A DNA stretch of 64,000 bases from an uncultured Nitrososphaeraceae archaeon (GTDB lineage: Archaea > Thermoproteota > Nitrososphaeria > Nitrososphaerales > Nitrososphaeraceae), in assembly GCA_963779615.1 (NCBI GenBank), contig CAVZZA010000001.1:1-64000 (forward strand), written 5' to 3'. A program made the position numbers and the translations under genes. Under the pieces are notes generated by a model, which saw only the letters and a list, made by a program, of their open reading frames with translations, did not search any database and was not told where the DNA came from. The stretch's first letter is position 1. Each line of letters starts with the position of its first letter. Positions 54,577 through 64,000 of the stretch are shown in pieces.

Positions 54577-55443
54577 TTATTTTATGTTATTGGCAGTTTT
54601 ACTTTTAGAAACGCTCGCCCTCAAAGCTTCAAGAAGGTTGTCCCCTAAACCAGCCTCTTCCTCCTTTTCGTCAGAAGTGTATGTTTTTCCTTGCGACTTT
54701 GCAGATATTAGATCACCTAATTGTTTTGCATAATCATCAGAATACTGACTCGCATCAAATTCTTTGTTTGTCAAATTGTCAACCAAAGTTTTACCAAGCT
54801 CAATCTCCCTCTTATCCACTGGGGGAGAGGGAATCGAATTTTCGGTGCCTGGCATTCCCTCAATCTCGTCTATGGGTTTTATTTCTTCCTGATACATTAA
54901 TTGATGCATGATCAGGCCTTTCTGATATGATCGCAATGCAACAAGGTGTTCCTTATCTTTTAACACAACCTTGCCTATTGCTATCTTGTCCGTATCTTTA
55001 AGAGTGTTTACAAACAAGTTATATGCCTTGGTTGAAGTAGAATTGTTACTTCTTTTTTTACCCTTGCTATTTCTATGACTGTCGTTACCGACATCGGGTG
55101 CAACGTAATAGCTTTTTTCCACCAAGATGGGGTCAAACTCTTTTGCTTCAATAAATTCTTTGATGTCTATTGTTTTTGTGGTTTTTACCTTGATTTTTTC
55201 CAAATCCTCTTTTTCAATTAAAACATATGTGTCTTCGGATATTTCATAACCCTTTTTAATTTCAGAAAAAGGTATTTCCCTCTCTTCAACAGGACACCAT
55301 TTCTTATATTGAATTTTATGTCCTTCCCTATCTAATTGGTTGAATGAAAATTCATTATTATAGTCCGTTGTGGTATACAACTTAATAGGAATATTCACCA
55401 GCCCAAAGGATATACTCCCTTTCCATATACTTCTGCCACTCAT
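54577..55443 (-). CDS. ku: Ku DNA end-binding protein
   Basis: RSIWKGSISFGLVNIPIKLY, IKKGYE, YYVAP, DNLLEALRASV; ATG 55443 preferred as start. Confidence 0.96.
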   Translation of the reverse strand: MSGRSIWKGSISFGLVNIPIKLYTTTDYNNEFSFNQLDREGHKIQYKKWCPVEEREIPFSEIKKGYEISEDTYVLIEKEDLEKIKVKTTKTIDIKEFIEAKEFDPILVEKSYYVAPDVGNDSHRNSKGKKRSNNSTSTKAYNLFVNTLKDTDKIAIGKVVLKDKEHLVALRSYQKGLIMHQLMYQEEIKPIDEIEGMPGTENSIPSPPVDKREIELGKTLVDNLTNKEFDASQYSDDYAKQLGDLISAKSQGKTYTSDEKEEEAGLGDNLLEALRASVSKSKTANNIK

Positions 55444-56524
55444 ATGAACATAAACCCACAATTTTGTTAAAAAAAAAATATATGTATACCACATGTAAAA
55501 AAAAATTACTATTTACTTTAAATAATTTATAGTGAACATCAAGTCCAAATTCACCATTCAATACATTATTAAAATATTGAGAATCCGATTAGCCCAATAA
55601 AGGGGCTTTTAGTTATTCGGATTCTATTCAACCACACAAAAGAACAAATCGTCAAAACAAAAATATTTTATGCAAAAATCTAAAATCACCATTTTTACAA
55701 TTCAATAACTTGTCAAGCTCAGCAAATTGAATAGAGTAGAATTAAAAAATGCATCAAAGGTTGTAAACTTTATACCCCACATTCAACTATCCAGAAAATT
55801 TACCTTGTAAAAGGGAAATGGATAAACTATCAATCTTAATCAAAACAATAATTTCTTAGACAACAACTTAATTCTAAAGTTAAAAAAACAACGAGGTTTT
55901 TGTAATGTTCCATCAAAATCAAACTATGTTTGGCATGTTCACTGGAGGCTCTATCAAGGCATAGGTTTAAAGCTTTTGGGGTTATTGACTCTTCATCGCG
56001 ATTTATCATAAACTGGGAAAGAAATTATAAATATTGAGACATATTTGTATCATAATGACAAATTTTTCAGATTAAGTTTAAAAAGTTTTCCCACGAATTG
56101 TCACTAGATGGGAGACTTGGCCAATTCTGATAACCTATCCAACATTCCCATTTTCTTTATATTATTGTTAAACACCATATCGACAAATGGTTTTTTAAAT
56201 GGCGTTTCAATTGCATACAGGATGGAATTTGGTACTACAAGAGTACTAACCAAAGAGGAAGCAAATATCAATCAATTACCTTAATCTTGTTGCTAAGATG
56301 AGTAAAAAACCTATTACTATAAATATAATCAAGAAGTAAAAGGAATATCGTCATGAACATTTTCTTTATTAAAGTCAATGAATATAACTTCTTTACACAT
56401 TATTTGCAAAAAAATGCTTTTCTGCAAGGCCTACAATTAAGGATTACTAAAAAATAGAAGCAACAAGGTAGTGAATAAAATAATCTATTATAATACCCAC
56501 AGTAAGAAGAGTTGACCTTAGACA

Positions 56525-56833
56525 ATGCTATCCCATCCTAAATCCAATTCAATGTCATATCAAAATAAAGTTTGTAAAAATCTTTGCAAGATTCAAAATA
56601 CATACGAAACACTCAAAATTCGCAAATGGAGAGACGAATACCATAGATGGTGCCAGGAATGCGAAATCCTGTTTATTAATTGTGATAATTCCATTTGTAT
56701 TTGTTGTGGCAAGAGGTTAAAGTATAAGATAGGTACTGCTTTAGAAATTCAAAAAGAAAAAACTAAAAGGAATTATACAAAACAAAAGGAGTGGAGAAAT
56801 AAAAATAATAACGCTCAAGCAGATTCCAAATAG
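56525..56833 (+). CDS. small Cys-rich zinc-ribbon protein
   Basis: CKNLC, WCQECE, CICCGKRL. Confidence 0.65.
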   Translation: MLSHPKSNSMSYQNKVCKNLCKIQNTYETLKIRKWRDEYHRWCQECEILFINCDNSICICCGKRLKYKIGTALEIQKEKTKRNYTKQKEWRNKNNNAQADSK

Positions 56834-57577
56834 AAGCAGATTAGCAACAGAAAATAAAAAATAAAACCTATAAAATATAATACTTGCATTCTTTTGAGGG
56901 AAAACGAGTTCCTCGCATAAAGATTAATATAAAAGGTAGATTGAAACTACAACAATAAAAATATCTCAAAAAAATTAAAAGAAACTTTTTAAACATATCA
57001 AGCCTATATCAAGTTAAAGGCAATTTAAAAATATAATTAAACTTTTACAAATGGACTCTAGCACAAGAAATTTAAATGTTATACATGCTATGTTTTTTAA
57101 CAACAATATCAAGCATGTCCACAATAAAGAAAAGACATTATATTCAAACCATATCAAAGATATAAAAAGATTTGAGGTTTAAAGAACAACTACTACTATT
57201 TCCTCAATAGATTCACGGTAAAGTAACAAAAATTTAGCATTGGAAAAATAAAGTGGTTAGCAAGGTTATGAATTACCGGATTATTGTCATTATTATCGGA
57301 AAAGAGGATCCACTGGGTTTAAGAAGACTATTGATACTCAAATAAAGCAAATATTAATTCGGCTTCAAGTAATGATACACACCATTATCTAAATTCACGT
57401 TTGCAATACAATGATATGAATATACAAATCATATCAGACTATCGCAAATAACAAGTTTTGGGGTCAAATTTTAAATATTTATATGATTATACAATTAATT
57501 ATAATAATATCATTGTTTCTTTTATAAAACAATATAATTGTTATGCTTAAATAGTTGATTAATTAAAATTTGGTAAG

Positions 57578-57718
57578 ATGAGTAACAAGAAAAATGACAA
57601 AACTGTCAAAAATGACAAAAGGGGATTAGCCTCAGCAAATGAGGAAACTAAAAAAAGAGTTGCTAGCGAAGGCGGGAAGGCATCACATAAGAATGACAAT
57701 AAAGGCAAGAAAAAATAA
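57578..57718 (+). CDS. 46-aa KGG-motif stress protein (YciG/Con-10-like; absent from the ORF track)
   Basis: MSNKKNDKTVKNDKRGLASANEETKKRVASEGGKASHKNDNKGKKK*. TATA-like element upstream and T-tracts directly downstream. Confidence 0.85.
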   Translation: MSNKKNDKTVKNDKRGLASANEETKKRVASEGGKASHKNDNKGKKK

Positions 57719-57905
57719 ACAATAATCTTTTTTTCATTTTTTCATTTTTTTATTTACCATGTTTTTAAGTAAGGCTCTACTAATGTTAATAACCTTTGTG
57801 AAAGGTTATGAATAGATTACAAACAAACCCATATTTTTAATTATTAATATGATTAAGACCGAATATGAGATCATATTAATAGCTTTTGTTCAGTAGTTAT
57901 TTTCA

Positions 57906-58057
57906 ATGAGCAATTCCTCTCAGGAAAAGAATAAGAAAAATTACGATTTAGAACAATCACAAAACAATCCAATGAAGTAGGTAATGCAGAAAATAATCCT
58001 GAAACGGAAGGTCCATCAGAAAGTCTCAGAGAAGAGGCACTTGAAAACAACAAATAA
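57906..58057 (+). pseudogene. frameshifted small acidic protein
   Basis: MSNSSQEKNKKNYDLEQS, then a second frame KQSNEVGNAENNPETEGPSESLREEALENNK*. Confidence 0.4.
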
Positions 58058-58579
58058 TGAAAGTGACCAGAAAGAACCAGCATAAATCCCTTATTTTTGT
58101 TTTTATTTTATTATATAAATTAGATTTATTGAATTGTATAGAGACCTAATACGGTGTTCATCCGATAGGGAATTAAACTCAAAAATGAATATGGTAACTA
58201 TTTCACAACCACAACATTGATGATTATCTTTGCATGTTTACCATTATTAAATAACTAAATTCTTTCATACAACAAACACAACTCCAAAACATTATAGAGA
58301 TTTTATATGAAACTATTGGTGGTATACAGTATTTTCATAAAATCTAATTTTGTAGAGACCTGTTGTTTTCTGTTAGGCACAAATTATACACAAATGGTGA
58401 ATAAATAATAGTTAACAACATAACAAAAATATAAAAAAGCCAAAATTGCTCTTCTGCACTATCAACCATTTTTGGAAGCCAGATAACTCACACTGCTGCT
58501 TATTTTCCTAATTGCAAAATCTCATCATCTCATTTTACTATAGTCATTTTATTTAAATCATGTTAAACAAAACAAACAG

Positions 58580-59095
58580 ATGTCAAAGTCATCATCAAAA
58601 CCGTCTAAAGAAGACCAAAAGAATTTGGGGAAAAAACTGGGGGAGGTTTTAGGCCTTGAGAGAGCAGCCCAAAAAGCAGTAGAGGAATTAAACTCTATGA
58701 AATTATTGGATTCAGGTGCAAAAAAACAAATATTAGGTATGAAAGAAGAAGCAGGTACTCATGAAGAAAAGATTGAGCAATTGATTTTGGACATTTCTGA
58801 AGAAAATGAAGATTTGAAAATAGACCAAGACAGTATAGAAGAGACTGCGAAAGAAACAGAAAAGAAAGCGGTCAAAATGATGAAAACATACTTGGGAGAG
58901 GATCCCGACTCATCAGAAGCAATAGAATTTCTAGCTCTAGCTGAGGGCGGAGAAGTGATTCATTATGAAGTTTTACATGCCATAAGCAAAAACTTCAAAG
59001 GTAAAGAATTAACAAATACAATAAATTCCATTTTAAAAGAAGAACAAAAACATTTACAGCTTTGTATAGATTTAGCAAAAGAAAGCGTTTCTTAA
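58580..59095 (+). CDS. ferritin-like (YciE/YciF, DUF892-type) protein
   Basis: LE..., EAGTH, AE..E..HY, EEQKH four-helix di-metal ligand pattern. Confidence 0.75.
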   Translation: MSKSSSKPSKEDQKNLGKKLGEVLGLERAAQKAVEELNSMKLLDSGAKKQILGMKEEAGTHEEKIEQLILDISEENEDLKIDQDSIEETAKETEKKAVKMMKTYLGEDPDSSEAIEFLALAEGGEVIHYEVLHAISKNFKGKELTNTINSILKEEQKHLQLCIDLAKESVS

Positions 59096-59836
59096 CCCCC
59101 TAACTCTTTTATTTTAATAGAGGATGAAAACGATATTGGCTTTAAAGAACAAATCCCATTTTTAAGTTACAGATGTAGTTGCCAGGTTTGATTAATTTTC
59201 ATCTTTAAATCAATTTGTGCGAGATAAACAGAAAAAACAATATGTTAACTTTCAATGCTTGAATAATAAAATAAACTACTAATTCCATTAAATTTAAAAA
59301 CATTAGGTAAATGAATCTAGCGACACAAAAATACCTCAATATATAGAAATGCATGCAGGGGCATTTGTAATAGGATACCGAGAATTTACTGGCGAATCTT
59401 TAAGTTTTTGTTTGGTAGTAGGAAATTAAGAAAAAAAGAATGAAAATCGAATTTTCAAATGTATATGTATATTGACGAATCGATTGATTTAAATTATGCA
59501 TTTGTTGGCATACAGTCTCGACAAAATGTTTGCCTATTTGATACAAATGAAATTCAGCCACATGTTTAATTAAAAAAAACAGTTAAAACAAACTTGTAGT
59601 TAAGGAAAAGCATAGTCTTCGTTACAATGCATCAAGATTGAGATTTCATTCCACCTTTACCAAAATAAGCTCTTAAGTAACCAACATTAATTAAGATTAC
59701 TGATAGTGATATTAAATCAAATGAGAATCCTTATAAAATAAATAGAAAAGCCGGGATTTTAATATGTATGTTACCAAATAAATGACTTTTCTTAAATAAG
59801 GACTTTATATATAATTGTTGATATATTATTACAAAT

Positions 59837-61552
59837 GTGAATAATGATACATTTTGTGGTCGGGACTACCATGAAAAAACAAAGCATTCAGAAATCAGTG
59901 TAATGACCTCAGGACATTATTTGGATTGGAATAACCGGCCAAGCCCCTTTAAAATATATACAGAATTACCAACAATACCTCTTCCACTAGATTTTTCCAT
60001 GCCATCTATGAATTCAATATTGGCAATTAGCAGGTTATACCCCCAACTCGAACAATCTGAAGACTATGATAATAATGTTGACACTAATGTACAGATCTCT
60101 AAAGATATTGACTATACCAATACCAATACCAATACCTTATCTTTACAAGATCTATCCACTATTCTATTCTTTTCAGGGGGTATTACTCGGGAGATAAAAC
60201 ACGATGGTGTTACCTTTTATATGCGAGCTGCATCCGCTACAGGAGCGCTCTATCCAATTGAAATGTATATAGTTTGCAAAGATATTTCTCCAAATTTAAA
60301 AGCAGGAATATATCACTTTAATCCAGCTGAATTCAGCCTCACAAATATTCGCAAAGGCGACCACAGATCATTATTGGCATCAATGGCTGGAGATAATCAA
60401 CACATACTAAAATCCCCTGTTACAATAATATTCACATCATACGCATGGAGAAATGCGTGGAAATATCAAGAGCGTTCTTTTAGGCATTGGTTTTGGGATT
60501 CGGGAGTCATAGCATCCAATCTTCTTGCAACAACAATATCAATGGATATCCATACAAAGATAATTATGGGTTTTATTGATGACAAGGTTAACCATCTTTT
60601 AGCTTTAGAAAAAGAGAAAGAAGCATCAATAGCAATGGCAGCTTTAGATATTGAATCAAGCCAGAACTTTTCTGCAAATGAAAATAACGATACAGAAAAA
60701 GAGCAGATTCCATCTTTATCTTTGAAAATTGATCCCCTGTCAAGAAAGGAAATACAATATCCAGAAATATGGAAAACATATAATTGCTCAAAACTCCATA
60801 GTGGGGACGAAGTAAAAGAATGGGTAAATTCCGGGATATCCCAGACATCGGGTTTTATTTCGTTCAAGGAAGATTTAGCACCATCCAAAGAAAAAATATT
60901 GAGAAGACGCGACTTATCAAATGACTATAGACTTTTTGATATTCCAAGTATCGGAGAAACAATATTAAGACGGGGTTCGACCCGCAGATTTTCTAAATCC
61001 TCGATTTCATTTTCGACTCTTTCAAGTATAATATACAATTCAACCAGAGGAATACCAACAGATTTCAACAAAGATACAGAAACATTGATAGACATTTATT
61101 TGATCGCTAATGATGTCGAAGGGTTAGATAAAGGTGGATATTTCTATAACCATGTTCATAATTCACTAGACCACATAAAAGACAAAGTATCAAGGGATTT
61201 ATCGGGTTATTTATGTCTAAATCAATCTCTTTTCAGCGATGCAAGTGTGGTTATATTCATAATGACTAATCTGAACAAAATTTTCAAAACTTTAGGCAAT
61301 AGAGGATACAGAGCAGCTCAATTTGAAGCAGGAATTATTGCAGGAAAAATATACCTTTCATCTTATGCTCACGGTATGGGTGCATCTGGCTCTACATTTT
61401 ATGATGATGCGGTAACAGAATTCTTTTTACCCCATTCAAAGGACAAAGATACAATGATAGCAATAGGTATAGGGATTCCGGCATATAAAGCACGCCCTGG
61501 AAAAATACCGTTAGGAAGAATCACAAGAGAACAGTTGATGAGAGACAAATAA
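59837..61552 (+). CDS. SagB/ThcOx-family tandem nitroreductase-fold protein
   Basis: YHEKTKH, RAASATGALYPIE, WKYQERSFRH..WDSG, RRGSTRRF, GYRAAQFEAG. Confidence 0.9.
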   Translation: MNNDTFCGRDYHEKTKHSEISVMTSGHYLDWNNRPSPFKIYTELPTIPLPLDFSMPSMNSILAISRLYPQLEQSEDYDNNVDTNVQISKDIDYTNTNTNTLSLQDLSTILFFSGGITREIKHDGVTFYMRAASATGALYPIEMYIVCKDISPNLKAGIYHFNPAEFSLTNIRKGDHRSLLASMAGDNQHILKSPVTIIFTSYAWRNAWKYQERSFRHWFWDSGVIASNLLATTISMDIHTKIIMGFIDDKVNHLLALEKEKEASIAMAALDIESSQNFSANENNDTEKEQIPSLSLKIDPLSRKEIQYPEIWKTYNCSKLHSGDEVKEWVNSGISQTSGFISFKEDLAPSKEKILRRRDLSNDYRLFDIPSIGETILRRGSTRRFSKSSISFSTLSSIIYNSTRGIPTDFNKDTETLIDIYLIANDVEGLDKGGYFYNHVHNSLDHIKDKVSRDLSGYLCLNQSLFSDASVVIFIMTNLNKIFKTLGNRGYRAAQFEAGIIAGKIYLSSYAHGMGASGSTFYDDAVTEFFLPHSKDKDTMIAIGIGIPAYKARPGKIPLGRITREQLMRDK

Positions 61553-62342
61553 CACAGCATAATAGTTAATTGATTAGTTTTTAGGTAACCATAATTTCAT
61601 AATATTTATCACAGGCATACTACCGAATAACAATCTGAATGTTAAAAAATATAAAAAATACGTTAGATTTTATCGATTTTTCTTTTTGCCTTCTATTTAA
61701 TACTTGTTATTGTATCAGAAGGTAAAAATTTTAAAATGAATTTACACATCAACGCCAAAAAATGTTATTACCACACATGCAACAACAATTTGAATTTTTC
61801 CTCGTATTAGCAATTTCGTCTTTTTTACCACAGAATTTCCTAATCGCTGTATTTTTGTGTCTGTTGCAGGTATAATGGTAATTTTTTGCCACTGCATGTT
61901 TTTTAATTTACATAATATAACTGAAGATGCAATAAAATTTGGCAAAACATGGTTCTATCAGTTATTGATTCCACTGTTTGAAACAAAGAACCCCATTGCA
62001 TCCAAAATAGCGAAAAGGAATACCACAGTGACAACTAGTTTCGGAAATATCAGCAGAAATAACGACGACAACAACCACATCGATTAAGAAAAATTTTATG
62101 GCGCTAGATGCAAATTGTTATGTAATGAATCATATTTCATAAATAGAGTAACACATATAAAAACCACAAAATTTTTTGAACACTGTTGGAATAGTAATTC
62201 AAATTCATCAAATTTTAAAAATTCAATAATACACAGTTATTACAATGACTGAATGAGATATACACGCCATTAAGGCAATAAAGAATTTCCCACATATTAT
62301 AAGTTACCATAAATTTAAATATTTTTGATACAAGAAAAAATT

Positions 62343-62537
62343 ATGGTAAGACTAGTAAGAAAAGAAGATAAGGGCCCATTGGAAGTAAAAGTAGGAAATG
62401 TTAGTAAATGGATATGCATGTGTGGACTGAGCAAAAACCCACCTTTCTGTGATGGAAGTCATAAAAAAACAGCTGATGAAGAAGAAGGAAAAGTATATCA
62501 ATACAATCCCGATGGAACCAGAACAGAATTGCAATAA
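62343..62537 (+). CDS. CDGSH iron-sulfur domain protein
   Basis: ICMCGLSKNPPFCDGSH. Confidence 0.93.
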   Translation: MVRLVRKEDKGPLEVKVGNVSKWICMCGLSKNPPFCDGSHKKTADEEEGKVYQYNPDGTRTELQ

Positions 62538-62738
62538 GCGAATATCCATAACTTCTGCAAATATCCCAAACCTCATTTATCAAAATTGGAAAATTTTATT
62601 GCATATTATTAAGAGTGATTTGTAGGCATGATGACAAGAAATGAATTTATCGGATTCTAACATTATTTAGTTTTCACAATCAAATCAGATTTTCTATTAC
62701 TTTAGTTTAAGCTATTTAAATTAAAAATTACAACTGTT

Positions 62739-64000
62739 GGCTCTGTTAACAGTTATGTAAACAATATGTTATAATTTCATGTAAACTAATAGTGCTCGAT
62801 CAGACACCATAACACCTTTAGCTAACTCTTTCTTCTAAATTGTCATTATGAGGGATACTTTCCTCAGAATGCTTACCGATGATGAAAAGAACACACTTCA
62901 TCTGTTGCTTGAAGACAAAGAATCCGGGTATAGGGCAAAGATAATCCTGCTCAAAGATGAAGGGTATTCAGTTCCTGAAATAAGAAGAGCAACTAACCAT
63001 CATGATAGTAACATAAGAAAATGGATACACAGATTCAATGAAAATGGCATAGATGGAATAATATCAAAAATACACAATCATAAACCAATCAAGATATCTA
63101 TTGACGTGGAGAACAAGATTGTGGGTATAGTAACCAAAAACCCAAGAAAAGATTATGGATTATCCTTTTCCACATGGTCATTACGTGTACTGGCTGGATA
63201 TATCTCCAAGGAGATAAATCTTATAGACGCCATAAGCCATACTGGGATTAGAAATATCCTTTTAAAACATCATGTCAAATGGAGACAGTCAAAGATAACC
63301 TTGGGAAACAGTCTGGACCCCGAATACCATTTGAAAAAAAGAGAATCGAGGATCTAAGATACAGTTTACCACCTCACTCAATACTGCTCTACGAAGACGA
63401 GAAAGGACCCATTGTTGCAAAAACATATGGTGGTACGTCTTGGTCCTCCACACAGTCCAGGGTATCAAAGGCTCAAAAGACAAAGGGAATTCTAAACGTG
63501 TTTGGTGTCTATGATCACACCAATAATCAAATGTGGACACATGGATACAAAAAGAAAACAGGAAAACAGTTTTTAGATTTTATCAAACGAGTAGACCAAA
63601 AGTATGACGACAGTACCAAGCAGGTATTTCTGGTACTTGACAACATATCGATACACAAATCAAATAAGGTAAAACAAACCTTGGCCAGATACCATCCAAG
63701 GATACAATTTGTATTTCTTCCGACCAGATCACCCGAGCTCAATCTGATAGAGGTAAGATGGCTATGGATGCATAGACAAGCTATTAACAACTCCACCTTT
63801 CAAAATGAACGCGATATAGGTAAAGCAGTATCTGATTGGGCATGCGATTACAATAAAAAACATCCAGGCAAAACGAGTATAAACAGTTTACATGAAGAGA
63901 GCATCTACATGTTTACATAACTGTTAACTTAACATATCATTTCTTTATCGTAAGATCCAATGAATAAATTAAACATTTTCTTTATGTGCTTTAATTTGCA
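62739..64000 (-). mobile_element. IS6 right end interrupted by IS630; the element continues beyond the window
   Basis: Removing IS630 and one TA gives GGCTCTGTTAACTTAACATATCATTTCTTTATCG..., which matches the reverse complement of the IS6 right end at 25566. Confidence 0.88.
62749..63924 (+). mobile_element. IS630-family element (ORFs 62848-63357 and 63279-63920 joined by a -1 frameshift)
   Basis: 15-bp IRs ACAGTTATGTAAACA / TGTTTACATAACTGT; TA duplication (62747-62748, 63925-63926); A7G at 63334-63341; YEDE, LDNISIH, SPELNLIE motifs. Confidence 0.94.

Noticed and set aside
59837-61552. RiPP (TOMM) biosynthetic cluster
   Set aside because: No YcaO cyclodehydratase, precursor peptide or transporter nearby; stand-alone SagB-like proteins are common.
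61742-62087. Short ORFs as a membrane-protein remnant
   Set aside because: Overlapping opposite-strand ORFs without a recognisable motif.

Overview
AT-rich archaeal DNA. The gene families and the set of IS elements suggest a soil ammonia-oxidising archaeon (Nitrososphaerota, Nitrosocosmicus-like); this is an inference and was not checked against any database. The first ~17 kb is a decaying integrated-element region. It holds an IS5 element, a frameshifted primase-associated ATPase remnant, an intact 881-codon Prim-Pol/PriCT replication ORF with an AbrB-like regulator and an unannotated ACG-start ORF, a truncated DUF5131 gene, surface proteins and several pseudogenes. The middle (17-42 kb) holds metabolic and signalling genes (glnA, isochorismatase, histidine kinases, class III cyclase, F420/PPOX proteins) interrupted by IS6 and IS903-like elements. 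The last ~22 kb is rich in DNA-repair and stress genes. It contains a broken PolB2-type operon with a divergent RHH/Zn candidate repressor and a perfect 20-bp palindrome, DUF72, a GC-rich Mn catalase, a three-domain LigD with Ku, an unannotated KGG micro-protein and a YciF-like ferritin. The window ends with an IS630 inserted inside an IS6 terminal repeat. No rRNA, tRNA, CRISPR array or integrase was recognised. All family calls come from motif recognition by eye.
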